This document shows, piece by piece, positions 17,022 through 20,000 of a DNA stretch of 20,000 nt. Source of the DNA: Clostridiaceae bacterium (lineage in GTDB: Bacteria > Bacillota > Clostridia > CAYPLH01 > DUMO01); the NCBI GenBank assembly GCA_012839865.1, contig DUMO01000019.1:115239-135238 (forward strand), given 5' to 3'. How positions within the stretch are numbered: position 1 is the stretch's first letter; every line of letters begins with the position of its first letter. The notes below the pieces were generated by a model. That model worked only from the letters and a program-made list of their open reading frames with translations. It was not told the origin of the DNA and searched no databases. Made by a program: the position numbers and the translations under genes.

Positions 17022-18275
17022 ATGTCGGTATTGAGAGGTAATTGCGTTTTCGGTCAGTCCGGCGGCCCAACTTCAGTTATTAATTCCAGTGCTTCAGGTG
17101 TAATTCAGGAAGCACTCAAGCAGGATGCAATACCTAAAGTTTTCGGTGCCGCTCACGGTATTAAAGGAATTCTTGAAGAAGAATTATATGATATGAGTCA
17201 TGAAGACTCAATAGAATTGAACCTTTTAAAAACAACTCCTTCCTCTGCATTAGGTTCGGTGCGTTATAAGCTTGCTGATCCGGACAAAGATGACACTGAT
17301 TACAAAAGGATTCTCGAAGTATTCAAAAAATATAACATCAGGTATTTCTTCTATAACGGCGGCAACGATTCCATGGATACATGCAATAAAATCAGCAAGT
17401 ACATGCAAAAAGTCGGTTATGAATGCAGAGTAATCGGCGTGCCTAAAACCATTGACAACGACCTTTACGGAACGGACCATTGTCCGGGTTATGGAAGTGC
17501 GGCTAAATACATAGCCACATCAACCATGGAAATTTACCTTGATGCAAAAGTTTATGACAAAGGCCAGATCACAATTCTCGAAGTTATGGGAAGAAACGCA
17601 GGCTGGCTCACTGCAGCTACAGCTCTTGCAACTTATTACGGTCATGGACCGGATTTGATTTACCTGCCGGAAATTGTTTTTGACCTTGATAAATTCTTTG
17701 CAGATGTTGAAAAGGTCTATAAAAAGAATGGCAAGGTTATAGTAGCCGTCTCAGAAGGAATAAGGGACAAGGATGGAAAATACATTTCAGAATATGGCTC
17801 GGACCTTGCAAAATCAAAAGACTCCTTCGGTCATGCCCAACTTGGCGGCCTTGCTTACACCCTTGCCAATCTCGTAAAGCAAAAAATGAGCGGTGTAAAG
17901 GTTCGTCCCATTGAATTCAGCCTGTTGCAGAGATGCGCATCCCACTTTGCATCCAAAACAGATGTTGAGGAAGCATTCCTGGCCGGCCAGGAAGCTGTCA
18001 GAAATGCTGTAAATGGAATTACAGACAAGATGGTGGCTTTTGAAAGAGCTGAAGGCAAGACATACAAGTGCAATATCAAGTTGATTAACCTTGCCGATGT
18101 TGCCAATACCGAAAAGAAGATCCCAAGAGAATGGATCAACGAAGAGGGCAACGGCCTGAAGCAGGAATTCATTGACTATGCACTGCCGCTGATTCAGGGA
18201 GAATCCTGTCCTCCCATTGAAAACGGATTGCCAAGGTTTGCAAAATTGAAGAAAGTTAAAGTAAAATTAAGTTAA
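17022..18275 (+). CDS. pfp: Pyrophosphate-dependent phosphofructokinase
   Basis: GQSGGP, GGNDS (Asp at the phosphate-donor specificity position), PKTIDND (Lys) and EVMGRNAGW. ATG 17022 is preferred because of the upstream AAGGATGTG; ATG 17010 is an alternative. Confidence 0.92.
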   Translation: MSVLRGNCVFGQSGGPTSVINSSASGVIQEALKQDAIPKVFGAAHGIKGILEEELYDMSHEDSIELNLLKTTPSSALGSVRYKLADPDKDDTDYKRILEVFKKYNIRYFFYNGGNDSMDTCNKISKYMQKVGYECRVIGVPKTIDNDLYGTDHCPGYGSAAKYIATSTMEIYLDAKVYDKGQITILEVMGRNAGWLTAATALATYYGHGPDLIYLPEIVFDLDKFFADVEKVYKKNGKVIVAVSEGIRDKDGKYISEYGSDLAKSKDSFGHAQLGGLAYTLANLVKQKMSGVKVRPIEFSLLQRCASHFASKTDVEEAFLAGQEAVRNAVNGITDKMVAFERAEGKTYKCNIKLINLADVANTEKKIPREWINEEGNGLKQEFIDYALPLIQGESCPPIENGLPRFAKLKKVKVKLS

Positions 18276-18295
18276 GCTGAAGGCAAGCGAAATAT

Positions 18296-18338
18296 AAAAT
18301 CACCTTTCTCCGAATAAACGAAGAAAGGTGATTTTTTT
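18296..18338. terminator. Bidirectional intrinsic terminator between pfp and the convergent gene
   Basis: 14-bp inverted repeat AAAATCACCTTTCT / AGAAAGGTGATTTT with A/T runs on both sides. Confidence 0.85.
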
Positions 18339-18340
18339 AT

Positions 18341-19864
18341 TTAAAATAAATAATCCTTGGTCAGAATCTTGGATATGGCAGGCATGTTGTCAACTAAAGC
18401 ATTGATTTTCTCAATTATAGCTTCGTTTGACTTCCAGATATTATTATAATGGTTATCGTCGCAGAGAAATAAATCCCAGTACCCTATATCCTTTACTCTC
18501 CAAACCTCACAGCCTTCAAAGGGATTGGCTGTTCCTATATACAAATTTTTGTTACTGTCAACAAAAAGTATCCTGCCTCCATAGTTTTTCGGATTGGCTA
18601 ATCCATCCAGAAATACAGGACTGAAATTGACGCCGTCATCTGAAACATATAAATCAAAACCTCCGGGGTACTTTATCAGTCTCAGCAACTGGACAATTCC
18701 CTCATATATTTCTATCAACAGTTTCGTAAGGGCTGGAGATATCAGCTGCTCCAAAGCACTCCTGTTTGCCAGCAGGGTGGTTAATATTACTTCCATATTG
18801 CTCGAATCATCGAAGGTGCTTACAAAGAGTTTCCCCTTGTATTCCTGTATCTGCCATCCATAAACATTGAAAGGATTGTTGAATCCGGGACCAAGCCCTG
18901 AAATGCTTTTCCGCTCATCATTGCCAAACAACGGTGACAACAGGGAACGGCCTCCTACCACCAGCTGCCAGTTATCCTTTTTGTCAATCCTTATAATTTC
19001 GCAGCCCATCGGAATAGCCCAGGCCAATGGCAATGGCTTTGTAGCGCTTACATAAAGGTGCTTCTTAAATACACCCATTGCCAGAGAGTACTTGTTTGAT
19101 GGGTTGCCGAATCCCCCGTCAACTATAAGAGTCCAATCATTTAATTTTGGTTCCGGCGAATTTGATCTCCATACCTGAACCCCATCCGGATTGCTTGTAG
19201 CAACATATATTCTGTCGTTAAACACCGTCATGTTGCTTATGGCACCTCTTGGGTTTTTGTCGGGATCAAAATTGGGTGCTGAGGTGTCTGTTACAAGCTC
19301 CCAGGGACAAAATTCAGGATCCTCGCTCCTGTAAAGAAGAGGAACATCCGACCCTGACCCCAGTGCATCAACGGTGGCCACGTATAATTTCCCTTTGTGG
19401 GATACCATTGCCCTGGAGGAAGTGCCTTGCAAGTTGTTTTCCGTCTTGCACCAGTCACAGCCGTTGGTGGACTTCAATATTTCCACATTTCGGCCATATC
19501 CTGCGGCATACAGGCAGGGGCTGCCTCCAAAAGGCCTATGCTGAACCATGTATCTGAAACCAAAAATACCTGATTCCAGAGGTGCTGTGTAGACACGGTT
19601 CCAGGGAAGCAACCCATTCTTCTTGTACCGCCAGATTTCAGCCTGATTATTCAGGGAAGCCGGGCAACATGGTCCGACAAGTGAGGGAAGCGCAATATTT
19701 TCATTAAAAGCTTTTATTATATTTGCCAATATATTTCTGCCTGTTCCCACATAAATATAGTCTCCCAACTCGGCCATTGACCAGGCATAGTTGTTCTGCC
19801 TTGCGTTTACAAGGTTTTCAAAGTCAAAGCCATTTGTTGTTGTTAAATGTTCAAAATCAAACAA
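18341..19864 (-). CDS. Uncharacterised protein, predicted seven-bladed beta-propeller
   Basis: 507 aa; TTG start after AAGGGGG. About seven repeats of M-x2-(F/H/Y)-x-G-x-(L/I)YV(G/A)T; no evident signal peptide. Confidence 0.8.
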   Translation of the reverse strand: MFDFEHLTTTNGFDFENLVNARQNNYAWSMAELGDYIYVGTGRNILANIIKAFNENIALPSLVGPCCPASLNNQAEIWRYKKNGLLPWNRVYTAPLESGIFGFRYMVQHRPFGGSPCLYAAGYGRNVEILKSTNGCDWCKTENNLQGTSSRAMVSHKGKLYVATVDALGSGSDVPLLYRSEDPEFCPWELVTDTSAPNFDPDKNPRGAISNMTVFNDRIYVATSNPDGVQVWRSNSPEPKLNDWTLIVDGGFGNPSNKYSLAMGVFKKHLYVSATKPLPLAWAIPMGCEIIRIDKKDNWQLVVGGRSLLSPLFGNDERKSISGLGPGFNNPFNVYGWQIQEYKGKLFVSTFDDSSNMEVILTTLLANRSALEQLISPALTKLLIEIYEGIVQLLRLIKYPGGFDLYVSDDGVNFSPVFLDGLANPKNYGGRILFVDSNKNLYIGTANPFEGCEVWRVKDIGYWDLFLCDDNHYNNIWKSNEAIIEKINALVDNMPAISKILTKDYLF

Positions 19865-19941
19865 AATAAGACCCCCTTGTACAATTAATATTGTATTAAA
19901 TCAGTGACAAAAGCCACTGTTCGACCCATTAAAAGTCATAG

Positions 19942-20000
19942 TTAACATAACACTTCAAATTTTATTCTTTTCCAAACATCAAGCACATCATCCGGCTTCA
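19942..20000 (-). CDS. Possible 3' end of a gene extending beyond the window
   Basis: Open frame KPDDVLDVWKRIKFEVLC* from the window edge; too short to assign. Confidence 0.35.
   Translation of the reverse strand, partial: KPDDVLDVWKRIKFEVLC

Noticed and set aside
2306..19557. Many 60-200 aa ORFs antisense to or nested in the main genes (for example 12665-13270, 13194-13808, 5514-5903)
   Set aside because: They are shadow frames of well-supported CDSs, without an RBS or family motifs.

Overview
AT-rich (about 40% GC by eye) chromosomal window from a cellulolytic-type clostridium (Acetivibrio/Ruminiclostridium-like; inferred from gene content). In order: 3' end of an alpha-glucan phosphorylase; a YihY/BrkB membrane protein; a REP/MITE-like repeat array; a sigmaA promoter and yybP-ykoY (Mn2+) riboswitch with terminator ahead of a type IIA P-type ATPase; a D,D-carboxypeptidase-like protein whose SxxK serine is out of register; glutamate 2,3-aminomutase behind a c-di-AMP (ydaO-yuaA) riboswitch; a frameshifted nitrilase-GDPD fusion; a decayed sugar-sensing locus (YesM-type kinase pseudogene joined to a probable GH51 C-terminal remnant); a three-gene CoA-activase/DUF2229 operon with a broken first gene; divergent fba and PPi-PFK with Rex-like boxes; and an uncharacterised beta-propeller protein. 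The best candidate for an undescribed system is direct c-di-AMP riboswitch control of beta-glutamate synthesis. All family calls come from reading motifs by eye; no database searches were run.
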